A DNA stretch of 64,000 nt, taken from Lama guanicoe (lineage: Eukaryota). Below, piece by piece: positions 1-13,900 of the stretch. The translations under genes were made by a program, and so were the position numbers. Numbering within the stretch: position 1 is the first letter of the stretch; each line of letters begins with the position of its first letter. A model generated the notes under the pieces. The model worked only from the letters and a program-made list of their open reading frames with translations. It had not been told where the DNA came from and searched no databases. Location of the stretch: the NCBI GenBank assembly GCA_013239625.1, contig MU053588.1, forward strand, positions 1,017,988 to 1,081,987. Reading direction: 5' to 3'.

Positions 1-1
1 T

Positions 2-469
2 GGGGCCCTACCCACTCCTCTCACTGAGGCTGCGCCCCCAGCGCCCCCGGCTCGCCCACCCCCGGGCCCCGGCCCGGTCCCAGCGCCGGCCAAGGCCTCC
101 CCCGAGGCGGAGGAGGCAGCGCGCTGCGTGCACTGCCGCGCGCTCTTCCGTCGTCGTGCGGATGGGCGTGGCGGCCGCTGCGCCGAGGCCCCGGACCCGG
201 GTCGCTTGCTGGTTCGCCGGCTCAGCTGCCTGTGGTGCGCCGAAAGCTTGCTCTACCACTGCCTGTCGGACGCCGAGGGCGACTTCTCGGACCCGTGCGC
301 CTGCGAGCCGGGCCACCCGCGCCCCGCCGCGCGCTGGGCGGCGCTGGCCGCGCTCTCCCTCGCCGTTCCCTGCCTCTGCTGCTACGCGCCCCTGCGCGCA
401 TGCCACTGGGTTGCGGCGCGATGCGGCTGCGCCGGCTGCGGGGGTCGCCACGAGGAGGCGGCACGGTGA
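2..469 (+). CDS. SPRED3: SPRED3 final coding exon (5'-partial): Pro-rich linker plus Cys-rich Sprouty (SPR) domain, TGA at 467-469
   Basis: Frame 2 reads ...EEAARCVHCRALFRRRADGRGGRCAEAPDPGRLLVRRLSCLWCAESLLYHCLSDAEGDFSDPCACE...PCLCCYAPLRACHWVAARCGCAGCGGRHEEAAR*, a SPRED SPR domain; synteny with FAM98C-RASGRP4-RYR1. Confidence 0.95.
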   Translation, partial: GALPTPLTEAAPPAPPARPPPGPGPVPAPAKASPEAEEAARCVHCRALFRRRADGRGGRCAEAPDPGRLLVRRLSCLWCAESLLYHCLSDAEGDFSDPCACEPGHPRPAARWAALAALSLAVPCLCCYAPLRACHWVAARCGCAGCGGRHEEAAR

Positions 470-1581
470 GGATGGCCTGGTGGGTCCGGTAGCCAGACTG
501 AGGACCCAAAATTGAGGGTCTAGGACCCCGGACTCTGTTCAGACCCCAAACCCAAACCTAGGCACACTTGGATCTTGGAGCTTGAGTTTGGATTGAGAAA
601 CCCCAGACCTGGAACCTAGACCCCAAATCTAGGAGTGAGAGACCCTAAACCCAGCTTCATTGGGATGTCTGTCCAAGAGGTCCCAGGCATCCTGAGTTCT
701 GGAGTCCCCGTTCTCCACCCCCAACCCCTCTGACCTAGACTGAGGAGACCCAGGGATTCCCAGAATCCACCTCAGGCAGGCAGGGGAGCACACGGATTCC
801 TGAGAGTGCAGGACCCTGAATCCTGACTCCTTGTTTAAATTACCAACCTAGACCCAGTCATGCCTGGCACCATGAACCCTCAGATTACAGCCCCAGAATT
901 AGTCAGGAGTTGCCAGTACCTGACCCTGCCTGTATACAATTACACCCAGATCTTGAGACTATAGGACCCAGAATCACCCCAAGTGGTTCCCGAATGCTCA
1001 CCTAAAACCTGGGGCACCTGTGTCTGAGATGTTCTTGTAGCCCCAGGACTTCTTAGATGCCAAATCTTAAGATATCCTGAGTCCTTGGATGTGCTCAAAT
1101 GGATGTTCTCTTACCAAAGGACTTGGAAGACCCATCTTAGAGTCCTTCTCCCCCACACTCACCACCCAAGATCCAGAATTCAGATCAAGATGCTTTGGGA
1201 GCCAGGGATCAAAGACCTCTGTAGACACACCCATACTAGGCCAGTGTTCCAAGGAGCTTTAGATCTCATATATAGGACTCTGAGGTGCCTGGTACCCCCA
1301 GATGTAGAACTGAAGGTCACCAACACCTCAGGTCCCAAGACACTGGTTCCAAGCCCTCAGATGGCCCTTTTCCAACTCTCCTTGGACTCAATTTCAAGCC
1401 CCAGAATGTCCTGGAATCTTTAACTTCTTTGTACCCACAGATCCCCAATCTCCTAAAGGCTGAAAGCTCAGCTCCCAGAAGATGGGATGTTCATGGCCAC
1501 TCAGACCTCTGACTCCTTGATGCCCCCAGCCCCTGAATGGCCCAAGGTGCTTTAGGAGCACTGGATCCAAGGCCCTGAGGT

Positions 1582-1817
1582 GCCACTGACCCCCCCCCCC
1601 AATTCAGGGCTCAAGCCTGCATAATATTGAGATTGTCCCTGACCCAAGACCTTGGTCCCTCCATGCCAGAGACAGTCAGATCCAAGGTGCCCCAGGACCA
1701 GCCACTGACCCCCCCCCCAATTCAGGGCTCAAGCCTGCATAATATTGAGATTGTCCCTGACCCAAGACCTTGGTCCCTCCATGCCAGAGACAGTCAGATC
1801 CAAGGTGCCCCAGGACC
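1582..1817. repeat. Direct tandem duplication, ~118-bp units (1582-1699, 1701-1817)
   Basis: Copies are identical except the poly-C run (11 vs 10 C). Confidence 0.95.
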
Positions 1818-2259
1818 CTAGCATCTTCAGATTCCAGATTTCTTTGGATTCAGACCTCTCTAGCCTGATATTCTTCAGGTCCAGCTTGAGCATCCCCTGA
1901 GATCTCCTGCCCCTTGAATCCTGCCGTACATAGGCCCCTGAGACCCCAAGTTTCCAGACTCTGGAATTCTAGTCCCAGGGTTGCAGCATCCTGCAGAACT
2001 ACCCCTTTACCCTAGGGGAAAAAACCATTTTGACTAATATTCTTGGATTCCAGGACCATCCAAGTGCTCCCTGCTCCCATTTCTAGGACCCAGCATTACC
2101 ATAGACAATTGTGCAGGCTGTTCACTAAACAAAGGCACACGGACAAGGTGGTGAGTGGGGCTGGCCATGCTGTGCCCTCAGAGGAAGGTGTACATTTTTC
2201 TAAGTTGCACAGAGGCAGTTAGCTATGGCTCTGCTGGTACAAAATGTGTGCTCGTGCCC

Positions 2260-2297
2260 GTGCGCGCGCGCGCGCACACACACACACACTCTCTCTC
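2260..2297. repeat. (CG)n(CA)n(CT)n compound microsatellite
   Basis: gtgcgcgcgcgcgcgcacacacacacacactctctctc. Confidence 0.9.
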
Positions 2298-3589
2298 TTG
2301 GCTTTGCAGTCTTAGCCCTCTTCCAAGCCTTTTATGTTCTGCCCCTCTGTTAACCCCTTCTCTTCCATCTCAAAGTTGGGGGGCACTTCAGAAAGTTTGA
2401 AACCTTGTTTCACAGCACTCTGAGACCGGTCTTCTTGGGGAAGGGGGATTCCACAGTCTCTTCACCCGAGTGGATTGGGACTCCCAGAGTACCTCAGTTC
2501 TGATGGCTCGCATGGGGGGATCAAGGTCTTGGAACAAGACAATCTCAGTATTGTATGGGCTTGGGACCCGTATCTGGTCCCAAGCACCTGGAAATATGCA
2601 CTTACCTTTCTTCATTACCCAGACTTGGATGGCCTTGTAGGGGTTCAAGGTATAGGTCAAGGGGGCCAGAGGGATGGATCCTTCTGTCACTTCCTTTAAA
2701 TTATTAACTATTTATTACATCCGGAACCTGTGAGATTCAGCTCTCTCAACCAGACCCTGGGATGGGTGAGAGAAAAGGGGGGGTGTCCCTCCCATCCCCA
2801 CTCTGCCCAGCTCTCATCACTGTCAGACCCACCAGAGCTGAGGGCGGAGGGACTGGGGGCTGGGGCTGCCTGGGTCCCCATCCCCCTCTCTGTGCCTCGG
2901 TCTCCTCCCTTCCGTGGTGGGCGGGGGGAAGCTCCATTCTTAACCTACCTCGTTTTGGGGAGGGGTGGGACAGGGGGACCAGAGTGCTGTAAGGTGCTGT
3001 GGGATCTGTGGATGAAGTGGTGGGGGCTGGGGGATGGTTCCCTGGCTCCCACCTCCCAGCACCGCCTCTCCCAGGTCTCCCGGTCCTGCTCCCTGCTAAT
3101 ACCCACCTCTGATCCATGATTACTCTTCATCACCCTGAAGTCAGGGGTGCATGGAGGGCTGACCCTGGGAGCCAGGAGACCTCAGATCCTGGAGCCCCCA
3201 GACCCAATTTCCCAGCTGCTTGCCCCTCGGATTGGCTGCTTGGCTCCCAGCCTTGGGGGAGGCACTCCCACATTAATCTTCCTGATCTTGATTCTAAGCC
3301 AGTCTGTGACCTCAATATTGTTCTCATCAGTGCAGGCTGAAGTAGTGGGGAAGGATGGGGGCCAAAGACCCAGCCTTGTCATCAGGGGAGGGGGGCATGA
3401 GATATTGGCTCCAAGAAATGTCTGTGACAAAGTCTCAGCCTGTGTTCTTTATTTGCATTGATGCACCCCATCCACTCACCTTCCTGAACCACCAGACCAG
3501 TCCTCTACCCGTATCCTCCTTTCCCCTCCCCACCGTTTAGTCCCAAGCAGACCCTCTGGCTAGTTTTATACATCTAGTCACTCTACAGG

Positions 3590-4385
3590 TCCATTTATTA
3601 AACACCTATTTTACACAAAGCCCTGTTCTAGGCACAGTGGATAAAGTAGTGAACAGAACAGAAAAAAATCCTTTCCCATGAGGAGCTTATGAACTTTAGA
3701 GTGAAGGAGACAATAAATAAATGACATGTTAGAAATGATATCTACTATAAAGAAATAATCAAGTGGAGATGAGGGATTTAGGCAATTGCAGCCAGGGTAG
3801 TCAGGGAGGCCCCAGTGAGGAGCTAGCATTTGAATAAAGCCCCAAAGGAGATGAGGGAGCCCTATGGATGTATGTGGGAAGAGTATTCCTGATAAAGGGG
3901 ACGGTCGTGCAAAGCCCTCAGGGAGGAGTATGCCTGGTAAGCCTGAGGGACTTCAAGGGAGATGGAGGGGAGGAAGCAGGGAGGACGTTACTGAGGAGAT
4001 GAAGGCAGAAGGGTGACAGGAAAGATCTGTAGGGGCCTGCAAGCCACTGCATGGACTTGGTGTTCACCCTGAGTGAGATGGAGCTACAGGAAGGCTCCAA
4101 GCAGGGGGTGGGGGATGTGACTTGACTCAGGTGTCCAAAAGTTCCCTCTGGCTGCCTGTGGGGGACAGACACTGGGGTAGGGGGGCATAGAGATAGAGAG
4201 GAGGCTGTTGTGATGGTCCAGGGGAGACAGTGGTGCACAGGACCAGGGTGAGAGCAGTTGGGATGGGGAAAGAAGTGGGCAGGATACTAGATCTGTTTTG
4301 AAGGTCAAGTCTACCAATTGAGATATGGATGTTTGCTACAAAGAGAGGAGTCAAGGTTATGACTCCAAGGCTTTGGCTTGAGCAA
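3590..4385 (-). mobile_element. Ancient LINE-2 (L2) 3' fragment; boundaries approximate
   Basis: Begins catttattaaacacctat...gccctgttctaggcac, the typical antisense L2 tail, followed by purine-rich L2 body. Confidence 0.65.
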
Positions 4386-4639
4386 TTTTTAATATTTTAT
4401 TAAGGTTAACAAATGCCCCTCTGAGTACCCAGCCCTGGGGTAGGCAGGACTATGGAGGAACTATATTAAGGGTAGGCTCTGCCCCTGAGGAGCAAGTTCT
4501 GGCCTTTCTTCCCTGAGGCTCTACTCCAAGTCCACTTTTTCACTCTCAGAAGAATTATCTAGAAACTACTGGAGACCAGAATAAAATCAGGAATAGATTA
4601 AATGTGAAACAATAATTTTATCAACAGCTACAAAAACAA

Positions 4640-5010
4640 TAGCAATACTATAGGTTAAGTGGTTAGAAGCCTGGACTTTGGAATCATCTGACTTTGAGTC
4701 CTGGCACCACCATGCATTCAGTCTGTGACTCACCCTCTCTGAATCTGTTTTCCATAAAATATCTTTCACTCTAAAGATAAGATACTTATCCCAGTAGCAC
4801 GCATGAAATGCTCAATATATGTTGGCACTTTAAATTGAGTACCCCTCATTTGTCCTCTAAGCACTTACATATAGGACTCTAATTCTCACAAACAACTGTT
4901 TGAGGTAGGTGTTATTATCCTCATAACACAGAAGGGAAGCAATCTGGCAGGGATATAGTGGTGGTGAGTGGTGGAGTCAAAACAAACCCTAACCCTTGCC
5001 TCTTAATCAT
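4640..5010. mobile_element. Degraded MIR SINE fragments; boundaries approximate
   Basis: MIR-like motifs: gtggttagaagcctggactttggaatc, ctctctgaatctgttttccat, aggtgttattatcctcat. Confidence 0.5.
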
Positions 5011-5336
5011 GATGTTGCACCTGCTCCCTCTCTCCAAGGTTTAGGGAGGTCCAAAGGGCGCATTATGATCGATAAGGACTAACTTTGTTGTGTGTGCGTG
5101 TGTGTGTCCCTGACAGAATTCTAACTCTAAGGAGGAAAGGAGGAAACAAGTTTCTAGACTTGGAGCAGAGCTGGGAGAACAATATTTGGTCGAGGGTGCT
5201 TTAAGAGCAGAGGGCATCAGAAAGCGGCTGAGGAAGACGAAACCGTAATTGCGTCTTTGTCGCAGCAGTAGAGGCACCCGGTGGTCTGTCGGGACAGCCG
5301 GGGTCCTGAACGCCTGCTCTGGGTTTACAGAGTCCG

Positions 5337-5571
5337 GGCGGAGGGGGAAGGGGTGGGGGTGGGGTCCAGACTGGTTACTCTAAGGGCGGTGCTCTAGTAC
5401 TCCGCAAGGGCGGACCTGGGGACGGGTTCTGCCTCCTCCTATACCAATTGGAAAGGCGGAGGGGGAAGGGGGGGGCGTGGGGTCCAGACTGGTTACTCTA
5501 AGGGCGGTGCTCTAGTACTCCGCAAGGGCGGACCTGGGGACGGGTTCTGCCTCCTCCTATACCAATTGGAA
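5337..5571. repeat. Direct tandem duplication, period 118 bp (5337-5453, 5455-5571)
   Basis: Copies differ only within the G-rich run near their start. Confidence 0.95.
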
Positions 5572-5699
5572 CGACGAAGGTCCTTAGCGAGAAAAGGCTG
5601 ATTGGTCAGTTACGGGGGCCGGGTGCGCACGACGTTCCTGGGGCGGAGCCTCCCGCCGGCCGGCAGGGGGCGCATGCCCGGCGAAGAGGAGACGCTTTC

Positions 5700-8950
<3,251 letters not shown>

Positions 8951-9130
8951 AGGGGGACTGGTGGTTGGGGGAGGGATCCTCTGTGAGATGCTGACATTGA
9001 AAATCTCTAAGGAGTCACTCTGAGGGTTTCTCTTGGCACTTGGCACCCGGGCCCCCTATCCCCTGTTCCTGAGGCCCCCAGTGTCCTTCCCCCATCTACC
9101 ATTCAACACCAAGCACCACGTCCTCTGGAA

Positions 9131-9136
9131 AATAAA
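9131..9136 (+). terminator. Probable FAM98C polyadenylation signal AATAAA
   Basis: First AATAAA, 180 nt after the stop; GT-rich element (ctctgtgtgt) downstream. Confidence 0.75.
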
Positions 9137-9142
9137 TTTAAT
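9137..9142 (-). terminator. Candidate RASGRP4 polyadenylation signal ATTAAA
   Basis: tttaat on + = ATTAAA on -, abutting the FAM98C signal, ~1.16 kb past the ancestral RASGRP4 stop. Confidence 0.5.
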
Positions 9143-9344
9143 TTACAACAGCCCTCAGAACTCTGTGTGTAGGGGCCAGATCAGGGATGCTCGGGTTTGA
9201 GGAGGGGTAGGGGGTCTCTGTCCTCCGGGTCTGAACAGGCCCCCACTGCTCTGGCCCCTATAGTCCTTTGCTCCTCAGCAACACCTTTCCCTCCCCGTGG
9301 GCATGCAGGCACTGGACAGACATCAGTCAGGTACGTACCACATA

Positions 9345-9770
9345 CCAGCCCTGTTCTGGATTGGGGATACAGATGATAAATCCCCCTGGTCTTCTGGAGC
9401 TAACATTGCTGGTGAGGAAGGCAGACAAGAAAGTATAGTTTGTCAGATGGGGAAAGGGCTTTAGAGAAAAATAAAGGAGGAAGGCTGGGTAGGGACCCTA
9501 GGGGGACTACAACTTGAAGTGTGATCAGGGAAGTCCTCACTGAAAAGGTGGCCCTTGAGCTAAGTCCCAAAGAGCCAGGTGGACCTCTGAGGGAGAGTCT
9601 TCCAGGTAGAGGGGTTGGCCAGTGCAAAGGCCCTGAGGTAGGAGTATTTTTGGCATGATCCGGGGCCATCAGAGGCCAGTGTAGGTGAAGCAGGATGAAT
9701 GAGGGGGTGAGTGGTGGCAGGGGAGGTTGGAGAAGTGATGGAGGAGGGATGTGATCTTACTCAGGTATCT
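9345..9770 (-). mobile_element. L2 fragment; boundaries approximate
   Basis: gccctgttctggattggggatacag...ccaggtagagggg...gtgcaaaggccctgaggtagga, characteristic of L2. Confidence 0.6.
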
Positions 9771-9889
9771 GCAGGCTCCCTCCCTGGTCCATCCAGCCTT
9801 CTCTCCTGTCTGGAACCTCAGAATTTGGAACTCTGCCTCCCACCCCCGTCCCCTCCTGCTCCTGACCTATGCTGACCATCAGTGTAACA

Positions 9890-10095
9890 TATTGGGCAGG
9901 AGCTTCTCTTTTTGAGGCAGACAGAAGACCTGGGTGTGAGTCCTGCCTCCAACACTTAGGAGTTCTGCTCCCTTGGGTGAGCAGTTTAACCTCACTGGGC
10001 CTGTTTCCTTATCTGTAAAATGGAGATTTAAGGAATTGGTGAGGTGATGCCTAAGTAAATGTATCCAACATGGAGCTGCACAGATAGTAAGTGCA
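9890..10095 (+). mobile_element. MIR SINE; boundaries approximate
   Basis: MIR core: ttgggtgagcagtttaacctcactgggcctgtttccttatctgtaaaatggag. Confidence 0.7.
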
Positions 10096-10299
10096 AGAAA
10101 AGGGAGTAGGATTAATAGCCACTCTGATGCAAAAGAAGAAAATAACTCTTTTGGAGTAAGAGATGATGGGTGCTTCAGCAAAGACAGCGTGGATGGGAAG
10201 AAGGCAGTGCCTTTGGGGGTTCTGCTGGAGGCCAAATAAAAGGACTTGAAAGTGACTCTGGGGGAGGGAGTGGGGGCGAGGAGGAGACCAAGGCGACAT

Positions 10300-10356
10300 C
10301 TAGGAATTCAGCTTGGAGGACTGGGTGGGTGGTGGGGCCGTTGCTGGGAGGGGAAC
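10300..10356 (-). other. RASGRP4: RASGRP4 exon 17 ancestral coding segment (VPLPATAPPPTQSSKLNS*), now downstream of the exon-16 stop
   Basis: Polypyrimidine+CAG acceptor at 10357-10359; open frame ending SSKLNS-TAG resembles the human C-terminus SSKLDS (from memory). Confidence 0.85.
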
Positions 10357-10819
10357 CTGGAAGGAAGAAGACATTGGGGGATGCGGGGAGTGTCCGATGT
10401 CCAGGAGTTTCACCCAGACTTGTTAAAGTGGATGGATGAATGTCCCCTGTGGATTTTTTTAAACTCAATCTGAGAGTCCCCACTTTTGAATAGCGGAGTT
10501 TATTCCACTATTTACTATATTCCTGATACATTTGGCCTAATTCTTGCCATCTTGTAGTTTTCTTTTTTTCTTCCTAAAATCCCTTTTTTGTTCTACTACT
10601 GGTTACATCTTCCCCCCAACATACTGAAATTTCTATTTTTCCATCAACATTAAAAATGAACCAGTATCTATACTGTCTGACCCAAGCAACTGAAGACTCT
10701 TGCATATTTTAACTTTCCTGTGCTGCCTCAAATCTGTCTGGGTTCCCCCAGGCAAGTGGGCTGGTCTCCCTGTATTCATTTGAGGGTAGGGGGCAGTTCC
10801 TCCTCACCGTCTCTGGTTC

Positions 10820-10920
10820 TCAGGAAGGATGGGGGTGCTTGATCTGGGTCCAGTCATGGCGAACGTTGCATGTGGTCCCAGGTTCCAGAGATAGTGTGTA
10901 GGAGAGATTGTCCTCAGAGC
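10820..10920 (-). CDS. RASGRP4: RASGRP4 exon 16 coding part (exon extends to 10808)
   Basis: [32 protein letters not shown]; donor GTGAG starts at 10807. Confidence 0.88.
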
Positions 10921-13900
10921 CTGTTTGTGGGGATGTGGGGATGAGAGAAAGGGCCTCATGACTTTGAAATTAACCTCCATCCAACAGGCCCCCTTCCCAG
11001 GACTGCTATACCCTGGGTCTTACCACAGCTGGCGTGGGGCACTGGTGTGGGTGGGACAGGTGCTCCTGGGGGGCTCCCATCGCCCTTGGCCCCTGGCCTC
11101 TTCTTACACTTCACCTTCACTTGGTCTCTGCAGTGTTTGTGGCAACACAGCCCACAGTCTGGGGAAAATTCTGCAGTCAGTGCCGGAGACCCAGTCTGTG
11201 ACCCCTGTTCTTCCAGCTTGTGGGTCCTGGATTCCCCACCTCCCCCAACAATGCCCCACTTACCCTGACAGCGGTAGCCTTGCTTGGTGACACCCCAGAG
11301 CTGGGAAGAGACAGCAGAATAGGTTACCTAGGCTGGAGGAGGTGGGGCTGGGGTTGGGGTGGGGTTGCAGGCTGTCTGAAAGTGTGGAAACCATCCAGGT
11401 TTTGGAAATTGTCAAGGCTAGAGGCTTATGTGGGATCTGGGAGATTAGAGGAATTTGGAGGTTATCTCAAGTTTGGAGAAGTCATCTACAATATTAGAAA
11501 TGGGTAAGATTGGAATAAATAAAACATACATCCTATGGGCAGGGATTACATTTTCTGTTTCCTGCTGTGCTCCCCGAGCCTAGAACTGTGCCTGGCCCAC
11601 AGGAGATGCTCAGTCTATATTCAGTGAATGAAAAAGTGAGTCTGGGAAGTAATCCAAGGTTTGTGAATTAGTCTTGGTTTGACATTGAGAGATTTGTCCA
11701 TTATTCTATTCTAGAGTTTGAGGAGACCTTGAATTTGGAAATTATTCAGGGTCTGAATTATCTGGGGTCTAGAGACTTGGAGATTGATTCTGTCTGGAGA
11801 TAATGTACCCAGGTTTGCAGATTATCCAGGGTTTGGCACTTATCCAGGATGGAGACTGTCTGGGCTTTGGGCATTATCTGGACTTCAGAATTATCCAGGA
11901 TGTAGGGAATAGCCAGTGTTTAGGGTTCCTGTGAAATGGGGGCATTCTTTGAGACTGGAGAATCTTCTGGGATTTGGGAATTTTCTGGGACTTGGGGACT
12001 ACAAGCGCTCCAGGGCAGGGCTGGTTTTCTGAGCCCAGGCTGTGAGGAGTTAGGACGCCGCAGGGGGAGATGGGCCTTTGGGGTGATGGCAGGCAGAGTG
12101 CTCACGAAGCCACTGCAGCTGACACAGAAGGCGGGCTTGCGGAAGTTGACCTCCTGGAAGGCATGCAGGAAGTCCAGGCCCAGCTTGGAGCAGATGGCGC
12201 TGGCCTGGAGCAGGTATTCTGTCACCTCCTCTCGGCTGAAGGAGCCACTCCTGGGGGAGAGATGGAGCTTCAGCAGGACTGGCCTCTTTCTCCCGGCAAC
12301 CCCAGTGCCTTGTCTTAAGGGAACCCAGGAGTCAGGGGCACCTACCCCTGGCGGAGGGGTGGGTGAAGCCCGTGGCAGGCGAAGGGAAAGTTGCCTGAGA
12401 GTCGCTCAAAGTCCTCCTGAGAGATGGTGCCTCGGCCTTCAGGGTCATAATTCTTGAACACGGACTTCGGAGGAGCATGGGAGGGGAAAGTAAGGCCAAG
12501 TCAGGGTCCCCACGGTCTGTCTGAGATCCCTCCTCGGGCCCAGGGCTCCTCCTCACCTCCACCAGCTTCTCCACATGCTGACCTAGAGTGACCCTGTCGG
12601 GCTTGGGTGTCACGCCAGGGGCCCACTCCACCACCAGGTGCGTCTTGAAGGGGGAGTGTGGCTGGGGCAGGGACACAGGGGCACAGTTAGTCAGTGCAGA
12701 GGCTTGGGCTGGAGGCCTCAGGTCAGGGGTGGGCTCTCACCAGACTCTTGGGATAGCGGGGCTCCCGGAGGTAAGAAAGCTCATAGATCTTGTCCTCTGT
12801 GTAGAAGAGATCCAGGGAAAGCTGCGGGCAGGCGGGGTGTTACATCCCGGCTCCATCCTCCTACCTACAGCCTGTGCCTGCCTGGACCCCCACTCTGATC
12901 CTCCTCCCAAAGCCCTTCTTCTCTGGGACTCCTAGGGTCCTCTTTCCCACTGAGCCCCCATTCATTCTCCACACTTCTGGTCCCCTAGTCCAGAAATGAC
13001 GTCTTCTCACTGAGGCTTTTTTGATCCTATTTAAAATCGCACTCCCCCCCGTCACTTTCTATGCCTGTTTCTGCTTTAATTTTCCCTACAGCACTTATTA
13101 TCTAAAAGACCATATGATTTACTTTTCTTTGTTCATTGGCTATCTGCCCCACTAGGAAGTCAGCCCCACGAGAGCAGCCAATTTTTTTCTGATGTGCTCA
13201 CTGCTGTGAGCCTAAGTGCCTCAAGGAGCGCCTGGCTCCCAGCAAGTGCTCAGTAAATATTTGGGCTGATGGCCATTTAGAGTCAGCAAGGCCAAGCACC
13301 TTAGGCATCAATCAGCTCAGGGCAGGGTCAGCTTCATGGGCAGGCCCCACACTTAGAAGGGCCCTGACTTCATTTATAGCCCTGCTGTCACCATTTTGAA
13401 ATTCTAACTTTCAAACAAGGAGCCCCACATTTTCAGTTTGCAACTGATCCTGTTTTAGGATCTGAAAATCAGCTTTTCAGTCTTAGATTACATGGACTGC
13501 AGAATCCAGTGTCTCTCAATTTATAGCTCCTCAGAATGGAAAAAAAATATGTAAAATAAAATACAGCCAGAATTCCACACTCCTAGTCTTAGAACATAGT
13601 GTGGTGGTTAACACAGGCTAACATTCATGGTCTGAAACTGGCCTGCTGTGGGACAGAGGGCAAGTGACCTTACCTCCGTGGGCCTCAGTTTTCCAATCTG
13701 TAGAATGGGTATGATAAGGTTCCCCTCGTCATAGGGCTGCGAGGATGGAATGAAGTTCTCTGTGGGGACTGTTTAACATGATGCCTAGCACATAGTAAGT
13801 GATCAATAATTGTTATTAGCTTTTTGCTTAGATTCCTGGATATGTTAAAGGTTGGAATTTTGGACTAGTCGCATAAGAAGCTCAGAACTTTGAGTTGAGG

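Noticed and set aside
470..4600. SPRED3 polyadenylation site
   Set aside because: Candidate hexamers (e.g. ~3713, ~4580) lie in or beside L2/MIR remnants; I cannot choose among them without transcript data.
10820..10822. TGA as selenocysteine or programmed readthrough
   Set aside because: Orthologous residue is Trp rather than Cys, the context TGA-GAA is not the TGA-CTAG readthrough motif, and I saw no evident SECIS.
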